This document shows positions 25,569-40,029 of a stretch of 64,000 bases of DNA, piece by piece (position 1 is the stretch's first letter; each line of letters begins with the position of its first letter). A model generated the notes under the pieces. The model was given only the letters and a program-made list of their open reading frames with translations. It was not told the origin of the DNA and did not search any database. The DNA is taken from NCBI RefSeq assembly GCF_001194135.2, contig NC_068992.1, positions 1,896,547-1,960,546 of the forward strand, in the 5' to 3' direction. The DNA comes from Octopus bimaculoides (Eukaryota). A program made the position numbers and the translations under genes.

Positions 25569-26233
25569 TGTATTTATATAATGTAGAGAAGAAAGCATAC
25601 ATGATGTTAAAAAAAATTCTGTTCCGTTTGTGGAATCTTGCCTGTGAAAATGACAGGAGTTTTGTTTCTATTTTTGCAATGTTGGATGCATTTTACTTGT
25701 CGTTGCAGTGTTGTGCATAATTGTGTTCCTGTGTAAAGATGAACGGTTACCTTTTCTAATAAAAATATTCTGTAAGTCCAGCATATTTCAATTCATTACG
25801 TTTCTGAGTAATTGCTTCAGACTCCGTCAGGATTCAACTTTTGATTTCATTTCTATTTCAAAAATCGTTCTTCTGCTGCTAATTAATGAGAAGAGACAAA
25901 ATGATTATATGTTGCATTTGGAGAATTGTTTCTATTTGTGCATGCAATAATTCGAGCTTCTGTTTCGCCTAGATACTTTTTTGCTGACTAATACCTTAGT
26001 TATGATACGGAGATGTTTTTTAAGATATTTCTCTTTGATGAAATAAACTCAATCGAATCCCGGTTGTTAAAATGCGATGAGCAAAGTTGACTCGAAATAG
26101 AAAATGCAGTTTGTCTCCTTATTTATGAGCTTTGAGTAAAGTTGGCCCTTGATACCGCTATAATAGGAATATGACCAGTGTTTAGATATTTTTCCTTGAA
26201 ATTTAGTTTTCGGCTTTAGAAAGTTGATTCAGG

Positions 26234-26547
26234 AATGAAGTACCTGTTGCGTACTGGAATCGATCTAACCGACTGACTCCCATCGCCCAAAATTTAGAGC
26301 CTTGTGCCTAGAGAAGAAAAGAATATTATCGTACACAGAGAGTTGGCAGAAGTGTTATCGCGCAAGGAAAAAGGTTTCGCGGCATTTCTTCGGAATTTCC
26401 ATGTTGAGTTCAAATTCTATTGTTGTTGACTATATCTTGCAGCGTTTCGTGGTCGATAAAATAAGTACCAGTTGAACGCTAAGATCGATATAATGAACTT
26501 ATTCTCTCCTTTGAAATTGTTGACGTTGTGTCAAAATATGAAATCGA
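26234..26547 (+). mobile_element. SINE family A tail (26234-26329) followed by a full copy (26340-26547)
   Basis: tgtgcctagagaagaaaagaatatt then gagttggcagaag... Confidence 0.75.
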
Positions 26548-27110
26548 TACTCTCGTACAAAGTTGTCACGTTTAATTTATTTCTGACTTCTCAAACCGAA
26601 AAGTTTCACGATATTCCATTAAATGTATATCATTCTTTGATAACGTATTGTCACCATTGTATAACTTGTATATGTCTGTTTGTGTGTATCCGGCTATTTG
26701 CACAGAGATAAAGGCCTGCTTTTGTAAGATAGACAAACTTATCATAACACACTATTTTATATTGCTCTACTAAGATCCACCATTAAGATGTTTTTTGGAT
26801 ATAGCTGAATTATTTATTTGTTTCTCAGTTGAATTCAGATGGACGTCGTCCAGGATTGATGATAGAGATTAATAGCTGCTAGCACCTCGCCTTGCCAGAC
26901 ACGTGAATTGATGTCACAAAATCAGTATCAGCGTCAAATGATCATACTTTACAACTTCTGTTTCTTTTTACAATGCATACACATACATATATATACGTGT
27001 ACGTATGTATGTATGTATGTATGTATGTATTATGTTTGTATGTATTATGTATGTATGTATATATATGGTCATATATATATACGCACGCACACACATATAT
27101 ACATATGCAC

Positions 27111-27167
<57 letters not shown>

Positions 27168-27857
27168 GTATATATACACGATAGTATCAAACATCGCATT
27201 GATAGATAAATATTCTTTCTTTGAAGATTAATCTATAAATACAGTATATATACCTACCCATATACATACATACATACATACATACATACATACATACATA
27301 CATACATACATACATACGTATATGCTACATACATACTTACATACATATATAGTTAGAGATATATATACGTTTCTCTTCCAGCTTTTTATTTTCTAAGTTT
27401 AAATTCCGCGTAGGTACCAATGGACAGACCTAATTTGCCTCATAAGGTTACCGTTTCCACCAGCAACTGTCCAATGCAGACAGGTAGATGGTTTACAACC
27501 AACTTATCTAAGCCAGCAACGAAGTGCTAAGGTTTCATTTATCAGAGTTAAAAAGAAAAGCAGCTAAGCCGAATGTAATGGTGAATTGTCGTTTTATCAA
27601 ACTGTTATTCATTCTAGCAAAATACTTGAGAATTCTCAATATTTTATGTTTTCCTTTCCATCTTGATTCGTAAATATATTTTAATAGCAATTTTTCATTG
27701 GGTAACTTATCTCTATGATAATGGCACAGAGACCAGATCTAAATTATCCATTAACATACATTGTTATCTATCCCTAGTCCGTTGCTATCCCACTGGCTCT
27801 ATGACAATAACTTACTAGAATTGGTAAGTGTAACATTGCAACATATGCTATAAATAT

Positions 27858-28055
27858 TGATTCCAAATCTCGGCACAATGGAAGCAAGTTCAGCGAAGAG
27901 GATTAACCGATCATATCGACCCCTGTGCTAAGCTGATATCTATTTTATCGACACCGAAAAGATTAAAGGCAAAGTCGACCGCGGATCATTTCTGACACAG
28001 ACCGTAATGATGCACGAAATGCCGCTAAGCATTTTGTCTGGAACGCTAAAAATTC
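27858..28055 (-). mobile_element. SINE family A
   Basis: aaaggcaaagtcgacc...gaaatgccgctaagcattttgtctgg. Confidence 0.75.
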
Positions 28056-28739
28056 TGCCGGTTCACTAAATTGTATGTTGTAAATATCAGAGGCATAACA
28101 GAAGCAAATGATTCAATAATGGTTGTGGTAATTCCTCATGATACACTCAACAACAAACATGAATACCCATGCATAAATACAAAATCAGAAATTAGAAATA
28201 CGCATGCGCACAACCTCATAGGTGTTCGTACCTAAGGACGCATGCATACAGAGAACAGAGTGTGACACGTAGATCCGCAGAGATGTCTAAGCTTTGTGAA
28301 ATTTATAAAATAACTTGCTCTTCATTTCCATGTAATCGGATTCATTTCTTTAACCCTTTCCTATATGACCAAAATTCCCTTTGAGTTTTATCATATGTGT
28401 GTATATGTATGTGCTTGCGTGTGTGTATACGAACATAATATGTGTATATATGAATATATTTCCTTTATTTTTATTACATTTTTATTGTTTTTATTATTTG
28501 GTATGAAATTACCTTCGTGTAGGAAGACAAACGAAATTCTATTTTCAGACAATTTAATCCTTATTCTTCAAAGAAGATTCCAAGTATTATCCAAACCAGA
28601 ACATTTAATTAGCATTATAATTCCTAATGTGCAACTCCACTAAGATCAAAGACTTCTATAATAGTCTAAGTTATTCGGTGTTTTGCGGAGGTAGTTTATT
28701 TTTCGTTAATTCCTCACTTATTACTTTCCATTGCAGTTG

Positions 28740-28778
28740 CTACTGTTGCCGCTACTACTACTACAACAACTACTACTG

Positions 28779-28829
<51 letters not shown>

Positions 28830-28830
28830 T
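28740..28830. repeat. (TAC)n microsatellite
   Basis: direct reading. Confidence 0.95.
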
Positions 28831-29061
28831 AGCTGCTCAGCTATTTTCTGTTGTTGCTGTTGTGAGTTATTTATTGTTGTTTTTTCCTACTGTAGTCATT
28901 CTGGTTTTTGGTTGTCTATTCGTTGTCTGTTCTTTAACCTTGTCTACTCGTTCAGCTCTACCAGTAGAAAATGTATGGCATTCATAATAGCCGAACGATA
29001 AGGTTCTTGGCGGTAGTAATACTTTCTACACGTTCACCATTCTCTTTCTCTCTCACCCACT

Positions 29062-29119
<58 letters not shown>

Positions 29120-30229
29120 TGCTTTCTCCCTAAATTCTTCACACTACATTTTTCATACATTCATCCACTATTTTCCTCTAAGTTTGTATATGTTCCAAGA
29201 AACGAGAATAACCCTTTCACGCACCGCCTCAAACATTCTCAGCAATAAACTGGAAAGTTATTCTCAAATGATTTTCTTCGTGTTTAATTTTTCAAGGTTT
29301 CACCTACTTCACTTGTATGTTATATGTTACACTAGACCTTCGCATCTCTTTTTGAGCGAAACATAACTGAAAATCTAACGAGAAATCTTTAATCCTGTTG
29401 TTTATTTTACAATAATCTTTTCATGAGAATTTTTTTATCCGAATATATCTTCTGAGATATTAATATGAATCAGATTTTAATCTTTTTACAGACTGCAAGA
29501 TTTAAATATCATTCATCAAGTATGCAACTTTGGCAAAATGTGATTTCGAGGAATTACAATCCTTAATCTCGATCCTACTATTTCCCGTTATTTCTTTCTA
29601 ATATAGCCACGAATATGCTTTTTAACAGAGGCCTTCTTTCCATACTATCCTTCCGAAATCCAGTTTTTAACTGTTGTCTACTTGATACACTTTCTTTCAG
29701 TTCTCCAAGTCTCAGGTAGGAATTCTCATAATTGAATAATTGGTCCAGAAACTCCTTTATTTCAAACCTAATTCAGTCAATATTTCGCTTCGGATGTGGC
29801 ATGCGAATTCTTAAATGCAATGACATTTTCCTCTATGAAATGATATTTCCTTAATTTCAATGCCGTTTTATTAAACCATTAACAAAACATAAATTATATT
29901 TTATCGATTACTTTTTTGCGTATGATAAAATATTTTACGAAATGTAATAATATTTTTCTTAAACATAAATCTGTTTTATTCAGTGTAAATGAATGTAGTT
30001 TAATACGATGGCATTTGCATAAATATCATAGAATAATGTAAGAGGTACTTTAGCTGACTTTCGATAATGTTTCTATTGCAGACCTTTTCTCGGCATTCAC
30101 TTAATATGAAAATCGTCACACCTTACGTTACCATTATTTAGCCAATTTCTGTTGTTACAGCTTTCACAGTATTAAATCTGTATGAAAACGTCTTAGAGAA
30201 TATTTCTGAATAATAATAATGCTAATAAC

Positions 30230-30298
<69 letters not shown>

Positions 30299-30863
30299 TC
30301 GATGATAGTGGCGATGATGATGTTTTCTTCCTTTATCTTGCGTTCTGTGTTTCTATAAAAGAATCTGTTCAAACAGTCAAACATTAATGAAATACGTTGA
30401 AAGGTCAGTAATGGCGCCAAACATGATAGACGGAGTGCATCGTTTCCTCAACACACACACGCACACATCCATGCGGTATATATATATATATATATATATA
30501 TATACGTTAATAGACGTTGCTGAACACTTATCTGCAGCGTCAATGATGGCTGACTATGATATCGTTACTTCGGTTAAGTGCTGTGATTGTAGATCTCTAT
30601 GAAGAAGTCATTGTCTTGTTTTTGCTTTTTTTAAAAAAATATTTTGTTATTTCTCTCTTTCTTTTTTTTTAAATCATCTCCTCAACAACTCACTGCTGTG
30701 TACTCAGCCAGTCTGATAAAAATGTCTATTTTAACATTTCACATAAGATTTCTCACTTTTACCACACTGAAGCAGAATACACAAATACACTTTTGCTTCG
30801 ATGGGACTTCAATAAACATTTTCTTTCTCCTGGATTGTTTTTGTTGTTCTTGCTGTTGATATT

Positions 30864-30894
<31 letters not shown>

Positions 30895-31594
30895 ATGATG
30901 ATGATGTTCTTGTTGCTTCCAATGTTTTCTTCGATTTTTACATTAAATATAATAGGAATGGAAACTAAATGTGATTTTAAACAGTGAGTAGTAAATATCT
31001 TTCGAGGTAAACTATTGCAACACTGTTAAGATAAAATTTCAACAAAGGTGCTACCAGAAATTACAGGCTGCTATCGATATGTTTATCTATTTTCTTTCTC
31101 CTTTTTATTCAGTCATCCTAGCAGAATGTTTTATAATTTCTAAAAGCAATTCTAGACGAACTTCACTTAAAAATCAGTAAACTTCTGTGAATGTAATCTT
31201 AGCAAAACAAGTGAAAATTATCTCGGAAACAAGAATTGATTAAGAAAGCTTCTTTAAAGTCTCCTGCTTAATTTTGGCTTTATCGCATTAAAATGATGTG
31301 AAATAATTATCCCACTGGATAAGAAATCAGTCTATTTCAAGAGACATTATAAGAGGATATGCTATAGATTACCTCCAACATCGCTTTCGAATTAACTGTG
31401 ATGCTGTCAAATCGATAAAAAAATATTGAAGTGGATATAAATTATATATTTTCCAATCGACAATAATTTCGTATCGAATTTTTCGTTTTTTCATCAAATG
31501 GAAGATAGCAAGTTAAGATTCGAATTTATCTCAGAAAGATTATATACGAGTCTAGTGTTTTCAAACGACTTTCGTTTCGGTGAATCCACTCAAT

Positions 31595-31760
31595 TCAGTG
31601 GTTAAGGTTGCTATACATCTTGAACCTTACATCGTGGGTCTGATTCACGCATGGGACAGAGTATCGTGTCCCTCAGCAAGAAATTTCATCCCATATTTTA
31701 GCGGCCCATTTAGCTGAAAAAGAGCAACAGCTATCACTTACGTTAATCTTGTATTGGAGC
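31595..31760 (+). mobile_element. degraded SINE family B
   Basis: tcagtggttaagg...gtgtccctcagcaagaaatttcat. Confidence 0.45.
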
Positions 31761-31878
31761 GGTGTCCTGTCCACACCGAGCTTTTTATCTGTCACTCTTG
31801 AGATTAATAGAGATCTCTAATTCTGCTATGAACAGGTTATTAGGATCGCCTGAATAACTAACCATCATCATCATCATT

Positions 31879-31909
<31 letters not shown>

Positions 31910-32244
31910 ACATCATAATCATCATCATCATCATCTCCATTATCGTCAGCAACACTATTATGTTTCTTACATCAATATGAATATTCTCGAATAATTTATA
32001 TTTCAGCTGATCATTTTTAGCTCTCCGTCTGTATTCATACACAAACACACGCACACAAACACACACAAGTACACACACACACACACAAACACATACACAC
32101 ACGCACAAACCCACATGTATGGAAATACAGTATGGCTACGCTTCTTAGTTTTTATGTGGGTGGTGGGGGGGGGGTCAGAAAAATTCCACTTAATACATTG
32201 GACCTACTTCAGGTTTAACTGCTACCAAACACAACCAGATATTG

Positions 32245-32365
32245 TCGTGTGCTAAAAAGCTTGCTTCCCAACCTCATTTTCCTGGGTTCAGTCCCACTGC
32301 ATGGCACCATGGGCAAGGGTCTTCTACTATAGCCTCGGGCCTACCAAAGCCTTGTGATTGGATAT
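32245..32365 (+). mobile_element. SINE family D, 5' half running into (GT)n
   Basis: gggttcagtcccactgcatggcaccatgggcaagggtcttctactatagcctcgggc. Confidence 0.8.
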
Positions 32366-32589
32366 ATATGTATGTGTGTGCGTGCGTGTGTGTGTGTATG
32401 TGTGTGTGTGTGTGTGTGTATATGTAGGGAATGGATTAGATAACATCCAGGCTGTATATTTTTCAAAGGTGCTAGGGCCTTAGAAGTAGTAATTGCATAT
32501 ACGCCAACCCCATCTACGAACCGTAGGCTATAAAATACCTTTATTGCGCTTATTTAACTTCGATATGGGAAACATTTACAACGAACATT

Positions 32590-32653
32590 AGGCGTAGTGG
32601 TTAAGAGCGCAGGCTACTAGTCTCAAGATTCCGAGTTCAATTCCAAACACTGA

Positions 32654-32699
<46 letters not shown>

Positions 32700-32720
32700 C
32701 ACAACATCGAAAAATACTTC
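32590..32720 (+). mobile_element. SINE family C, head + (TAA)n, truncated
   Basis: ggcgtagtggttaagagcgcaggctactag..gagttcaattcc, (TAA)n, aacatcgaaaaatac. Confidence 0.8.
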
Positions 32721-32721
32721 A

Positions 32722-32968
32722 AAATTTCAGGCCTGTGCCTAGAGTAGAAAAGATTATTTCAAGCTGGTGAGCTGGTTGAAACGTTAGCACGCCGGGTGAA
32801 ATGCTTAGCGGTATAAGGTCTGTCTTTACGTTCTGAGTTCAAGGTCCACTTTGCTTTTTATGTTTTCGGGGTCGATATATTAAGTACCAGTTGCATGCTG
32901 ATGTCGATCTAATCGACTGTCCCCTCCCCTCAAAATTTCGGGCCTGTGCCTTGAATAGAACAGAATAT
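32722..32968 (+). mobile_element. SINE family A tail followed by a full copy (32762-32968)
   Basis: direct similarity to other family A copies. Confidence 0.85.
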
Positions 32969-33897
32969 TAAATGTCTGTTGCCTTTCTTTGTACGAGTCA
33001 CACTTAGCTGACATTGTCACCGCTGCTGCTGCGATAACTGCCCTTACTACTACTTTTAATGTTACTTACTGCTTACACAGAATTCTCATAATCGCTGTTG
33101 TAAGTAGTAGTAGTAGTAGTAGTAGTAGTCGTTCTATGTCGGGTATTATGTATGCAGTTATTATGTATGCAAATTCTTTATTGCTATAGTTGCGATTTCT
33201 ACAATTTTAGTGAAAATTTAGAAATTTTATAAAGAAGCCATATTGGTGTAATTGGAGAAAATCACTTTTGAAAAGTAGTGTAGAATATATAAAGATGAAA
33301 TACGAACTGAAAAGACAAGAAATCAAACCTATACTGTAACAGTCTTTTAGTTGTTGGAACTTTTCAATCGAAGGATTGAGAAGGTATCGAATATTTTTTT
33401 TTTTCCACCCGTTTGTATTTCAGCAATATTTTGCTACAGCAACATATATTTTGCGGTTTGAATCTATGTTTCTTTCACAAGTATTTATTATTTTTTTTTA
33501 TCATATAGAATTTCCTCCTGAACTCTTTGTTCGTATCCATATGTAGATCAAACTCTTTACATCTGAATTGCTAGAATTTCCAACTGTTTCTTCTCCCTCA
33601 CAACAACACAACATTCAATCAGTTGTTGGCTATTTGGTGCAATAAAATTTCTATCGATTTACAACTTTCATTTTGTTGCATGCATCACATCTGAATGTAT
33701 ATAATTCGGTTTAACAAAATGTTGCAAACCGTTTTTTTTTTTTATTTTGTCATCAATAGAGTACGATTTAAAATGTAATTCCCCTCTCAGTTAAACTGTC
33801 TGTCACTTTCCCTGATTTTCTCTCTCTTTCTGTCTACGAATTTCTCTCACTTTATCTGCTACTCTCCACTCTCAATCACTCACTCCTATTCACTCCT

Positions 33898-33959
<62 letters not shown>

Positions 33960-34010
33960 NNNNNNNNNNNNNNNNNNNNNNNNNNNNNNNNNNNNNNNNN
34001 NNNNNNNNNN

Positions 34011-34080
<70 letters not shown>

Positions 34081-35239
34081 TGTAAAAGTATTCAGACTTT
34101 ATTCCCAGCCTTGCATAACAATAACTACGTACTGATAGAGGGGATAGAAGACACAATGTTCCCACTTTTCAAGTCGGTAATTCCCTAATTTTCCCTCGGG
34201 AAATTTACTTTCGTTACGTATTGAAAACCCAAGTGAAAATTCTATAATCTCGCATTTAACGTATTTAATTCAATAAAATATATGAGCAATTCAATTTTTT
34301 TCTCCTCTCCGTTTTTTTTTTGTTTTTGCCTCTTTAAATAGTCTCCGCAGCTTTTCTTTCCCTAAACTTTTGTTTCCTGTTTATACCTGCTAATTTCTTT
34401 TTACTTTAAAACTGATTGGACTTGAACAGAAGAACAACTAAATCTCATTAGCTCGGCGAACTTGTTGCACCGTTCTTTTTTCACCAAAACAGGAAAGGCA
34501 CAAAACTATTTTACATTCAGTTGCATTTATATATGCAATAAACATATATATGTCATTCGAATAAAATCTAGATATACATTCTCGTTTTCTACAAAACTGT
34601 CGGAATTGTCGGGTGATAAGTAATTTATAAAGTGTTCATTTAACGCCCTCATTAGGTTCTTAAGAAAAATACGGATTAGAACTACATAAAAGACTCCTAG
34701 TTTACATAACAGATTGCAAGAATATATGGGCGTATGTATGTATGAATATATACATGTATATATATACATACATACATAAATATATATTTAATAAGAAATA
34801 ACTGACATTCACTTGAAGCATCAAGTCAGTGCGGTATTATCCGTACAACTCAAAGTAAAGTGAATAAAATTAAAATAAGTGACAGGATACCAAGAAGTGA
34901 TGCAGTACAACCGTTTCAAGAAGCTCCATTTAGTTGAACAATGCAATCATTACATCAATTTAAATGCAGGGCTATCCTCAGCTGGATAAATAAATAGAAT
35001 TTTTCATCAGTTGGACACGTTAATATAATTTTACTCAAATTCTTTAATAGAGCAAGAAGAGAGAAAGAGTGCATGTTGCTACTAATGCAGCTAGGAATAT
35101 ACTGCGATTTATTTATGCAGATGAAGATAGCCCAGCATTTAAATTAAATGGAGCCGCTTGAAACTGTCGTACTGCATCACTTCTTAATATTCTGTTGCTT
35201 ATTTTGATTATATATATGTGTGTGTGTGTGTGTATGTGC

Positions 35240-35447
35240 TGAGCCCCCTCCTTCGGTCATGACTGACCATCTGATTGTAGCTAGAAAGTTACTCTCCCAG
35301 GCAAAGTCCGGGCAAGGTTGTTTATGGAAGACCAGCAGTCACCCATTCATACCGGCCTCCCTTTTCCACGCCACCAGTGTTATCCAAGGGAAAGGCAAAG
35401 GGGCCGATACTGCTTGGCACCAGTGACGTCGCAACTCAAGAACAGTA
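35240..35447 (-). mobile_element. 3' portion of an Octopus-type SINE (family B-related variant tail)
   Basis: ccttcggtcatgactgacc...ccaagggaaaggcaaagggccgatac...cagtgacgtcgcaactc; assignment from recalled repeat type, with no second copy in the window. Confidence 0.5.
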
Positions 35448-35524
35448 TATGGTGTCGCAGGTATGCGTTACTTTTGTCCATTTATAAACATATATATATG
35501 TGTGTGTATATATATATATATGTG

Positions 35525-35572
<48 letters not shown>

Positions 35573-37810
35573 CCACACACACACATGAGTGCAGTGAGGT
35601 TTATGCCTTAAACTGTGTGACAAATAACCTGTGTTTAAGAATTTCAGGAGTATTTCCGTTCCTGTATTATAATTGTATTTATCGTCATGAAATCCGGGCT
35701 TGACTGTTACACAGGCTATATGTAGAACACGAAACGAACTATATGAGATTGTGCATAAGTTGTTTAGTTATACCATCTTATATACATTTCATTAATATAA
35801 AGTGATTATTGGTTACGTAATACAAATTTCATAACTCTTACCATCAAATCATATAATATTTAAACATCTCTGACGATTTGACATTATTGGATATGCTATC
35901 CACGATTATCGAATGTTGATGAAATATACGTAAGATGGGATGCCAAAATATAATTTAAACAATTAAACAACCGTTCATGTTTTGCTGTGTTTATCTGTTT
36001 AATATATTGCTAGATTGACACTATTGATTTTCATTACGTTTTGATGTTTTAAGAAACTAATTCTCTTCAATATTGTTAATATCTTGTATTTATATAATAC
36101 TTGTTGTTATTTCAGAGAATTCGTGTATGTTACAAAATTTATACATATAGTTAATCGACATTGTATCAAACATTCCAATTGTATCTTACGTTCAATCGAT
36201 TTTTTCCAACCTGCCATTGAATGTATTGTGTAAGCTATTATAAAATTACATTTAAAGATAAATTGAAACCCGTGACCACGTTATTCACCAATGATGGCTC
36301 AAGCAGTTACATAGATGTCATGCGTTACGACGAGACGCGATCACGCGCTCTAGTTATTACCAACTTTTGCTGAACTGAATCTGGCGGTCTCCCTGGTATG
36401 TAGTCTATTATCGTGGTTTGAGGTTCACACTAGTGACTTGCTCCTTTATAGCAGGAGATTCTAAAGGTAGCTAAAACAGGAGGTGTTCATAGTGAATTCA
36501 GATTGCTGTCCTGTACACTTCTATCCGCTTTTCTACATCTCATTAAACTGTTTAATTCTGATGAGATTATTGATACAGTTTCTAACGTGGTTTGAATGTG
36601 TGTGAGTGTGAGTCTTTTTTTTTTTTTGGTGTAGACTGTAGGGTGGGGTATGATTGCTTTGGGGCATTGAAGATCTGTCGGTATTTGGGGTTGCTTGGCG
36701 TCAACTTAGAATATGTTCCACAATTATTTTAAATGTGTAAAGAAAATGACAGTGAAACAGTGAACCTATTAGATGGCATGTTAAATCGACAATATGCAGA
36801 TTTCCAAAAACGCCCCCACACACATGTTAACATAGAATTTTAATGCAAAATAGCAACAACAAAAATGAAGTAATAGTGCTTATTTAAACTAGGCAATTAT
36901 TGTTTCAATTCTATCGATAGAATGCAGTTATTAGTGTTGGAAATTTCATAATTAAATGTTTTCTAAATTCTCTGCTGATGTTATTTCACATGTTGGGCAA
37001 CATCTGCTTAATTCAACGCGTCAGACAAAGAAGTTTGGCAATGTCATTTAAATTAATTAGGACCAGATTTAACATGTTATATTATTTCATTTATTGAATT
37101 TTATATTTCTCGCTTTTTTTATTTTTTACAGGTTATAAGCAGAAATATCTTACACAATGTTTATAATTCAAATTTTGTTTTAATATTAGCATGCATTATA
37201 TTATTTATTTCTAAAGTTAGAAATTATTATTATATTAGAAATGATTAGTGTGAAAAATGCTATAAATCATTATTTTATTATTATTGAAGGCATATTGCCC
37301 AACCCAAAGCGTTAAACTATACATCTTTACACCTAGTTTTCAATTTTTAGAATTTTATTAACTGATTTTTGCGGAAGCAAACCAAATCTATTTTCCTTAG
37401 GCTCTCCATATACTTTTGCTTTTCAAAATGTTTTCTAATGTCGTAGTCGATATTGCATTGCCTTCTCTGGGTTCAACAAATCCTCACCATTTACATATCG
37501 AAAACAATTCAATCGATAAAACCAATTCTGAAGAATGTGTAGTTGCTTTGAGGCATTACAAATTATTTTAATATATTTAGGATAAGGAAGACGGATTTCA
37601 AGGCTTCGGAATGTTTAGCAATGTATCTTTATGCTCAGAGATCAAAATCTACCGTGGTATGTATTTTTCCATTTCATTCTCCACTGTCGTTACTATATAC
37701 AGCACTAAATTACAAGATGTCATCTATAATATTATTCTGCTGCGATCTACATATGTAATATTCTGAATAAATTCAGTCATCACTACTGCACGACTTCGAA
37801 AACCTTTCGA

Positions 37811-38276
37811 ACCTAAAAGCGTCTTTTCTGAAGCAATGAAAATTACGTCAGTTCATCGCCAATAAATATATAAAAATATACATGTTTATACAGACACACA
37901 AACATAATCCTACAGACAAACATAATCCTACAGACAAACATATACACACACATACTTGTGACTGTATTCTTATCCATCGTTTTCATATTTGCTGCATAAT
38001 GGCACAAATTACAATCGCCAGTACCGCTGTTAACACATTAGATGACAAATGGACAACGACGAAACAAGGACACTTAGAGACATTTATCAGGACACTTAGA
38101 GACGTCTGCGAAGTCACTCTATTCCTAAAGGTATTAAATGAGGAAATAAGGAACACAACAGGAGACATAAATGACTGAAGACGCATCAGTCAAATTATGA
38201 GCAAAATCACTCATATTAGTTTTAAAACAAGTGTGATACATGCATACATACTTACATAAATACATACACGCATACA

Positions 38277-38326
<50 letters not shown>

Positions 38327-38612
38327 CAATTTTTAGCAGCTCAGTCACGTTGTTATGTCCTTCCCTAGAAGGAAAGCAAGAATGTTGTCCTTTTGTGATC
38401 TGATGTGAGAACAGCGGTACTGGTGATTGTAATTTGTGCCATTATGCAGCAAAAATGAAAACGATGGATAAGAATACAGTCACAAGTATGTGTGTGTATA
38501 TGTTTGTCTGTAGGATTATGTTTGTGTGTCTGTCTAAACATGTATATTTTTATATATTTATTGGCGATGAACTGACGTAATTTTTATTGCTTCAGAAAAG
38601 AGGCTTTCAGGT
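37811..38612. repeat. long inverted repeat (arms 37811-38057 and 38384-38612), foldback-like
   Basis: arms align by eye with roughly 10 substitutions plus an 18-bp tandem duplication in the left arm; 326-bp spacer. Confidence 0.9.
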
Positions 38613-39759
38613 ATTTCTTGGGTCTTAATACGTTCTAAATTTAAGGCCTACCAAGATCAACTTTGCTTTCCAACAAACCGACATCTATAAAAAGAAGAAA
38701 CAGTCAAGTACCGGGATCGATATGTGTTCCATGGATTTGGAGACGTGTGTCTATGTTGAGAAATCAACTATATATAATTTAATTATCTCTAGTTATTTCA
38801 ACATCAGGGATTGTACAGCGTTGCAAGTGAGATATTGTATTTCATTAAAGAGAGAAAAAGGAGCGATAGAAGAAAAAGATGAAGACAATGAAACGGTAAG
38901 ATAGAACTGGATTCACTTAATTCGATTAAATTGACAGCTTCAGTCTATTTTATTTTCATTCATCAGCATTTTACTATATTGTTAGGCTTAATTTTCTATC
39001 AATCAACATCATTAGTATCATCACCACTCTGGCAGTATGATTATTTTTATATTTCTTCCAATCAATGTCGGAGTGGGTTGGTAAATTTGACGACATAACC
39101 TTGTTGTACGCAGATTATAATGAGGTGTTCTAGAAATAAAAATTTACAACTGATTTATTTGATAATCAACTGATTCAATTGTCTCTTGCTCACTATCATT
39201 ATTACAATCATATACAGCACCACGTGACCACTCACATTAATGAACATCTCTCATGTTCTATTTTGGGAATATATCTTTTGTTTCTCTACTGTCAAGTTGA
39301 TTTCTGTTTTTTTTATGACATACAACATAGATGCTCCATAAATCAGAAGAGGACCTCTTTTTTGACAGCACAACAATGGAGAGCATTATTATTTTTCTTT
39401 GTATAGAGCGGGGTGGGGGTCATATCAATAGCTCTCTCAAACTTTCAGACAAGATATAGATGACGTCATTAATAGTTATCTAAATCACTGTGGAAAGTCG
39501 ACAGCAGCAGGAAAGATATTCGGAAGGCGAAGGTTGAGATAATACTTCGCTGGATATCGATGTGTTATTTTGGATGAGGTCCCTTATGTCCCGCAAAGGG
39601 GAAAAGACGAGAGCAGAGGAAATTTCTAAGTAGAAGCGTCCTGCGACCAGCTGGATCCGAAAGGTTGAATTTGTTAAATAATGTCAAAACAGGCACAGAG
39701 AGGGAGAAGATAGCAGATCAGCGATCTTGAAGGCTTGGTGTGTATTGTAGTGGCTTTAG

Positions 39760-40027
39760 TGGCCCGAAATTTTTGGGGAGGGGACAAGTCGATTAGATCA
39801 ACCCCAGTACGCAACTGGTACTTAATTCTATCGATACCGAAAGAAGAAAGGCAAAGTCGACCTCGGTGGGATTTGAACTCAGAACATAAAGACAGACGAA
39901 ATACCGCTAAGCATTTCGCGCAGCGTGCTAACCACTCTGCCAGCTCGCAGCCCTTATTTGAAACAAATATTCTTTTCTACTCTAGGCACAAGGCTCGAAA
40001 TTTTTAGGGAGGGGCAAGGCGATTAGA
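39760..40027 (-). mobile_element. SINE family A full copy (39760-39955) plus upstream tail (39966-40027)
   Basis: well-preserved reverse-complement copy. Confidence 0.9.
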
Positions 40028-40029
40028 GC

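Noticed and set aside
31561-31605. CUGAAUUGA..GAAAC-GAAA-GUC on the minus strand
   Set aside because: Wrong core spacing, and a competing CCACU/AGUGG hairpin explains the pattern.
36115-36228. AG..GTAAG-bounded open frame (also 27413-27482, 55759-55797)
   Set aside because: Short, unrecognised peptides with no phase-compatible partner exons found.
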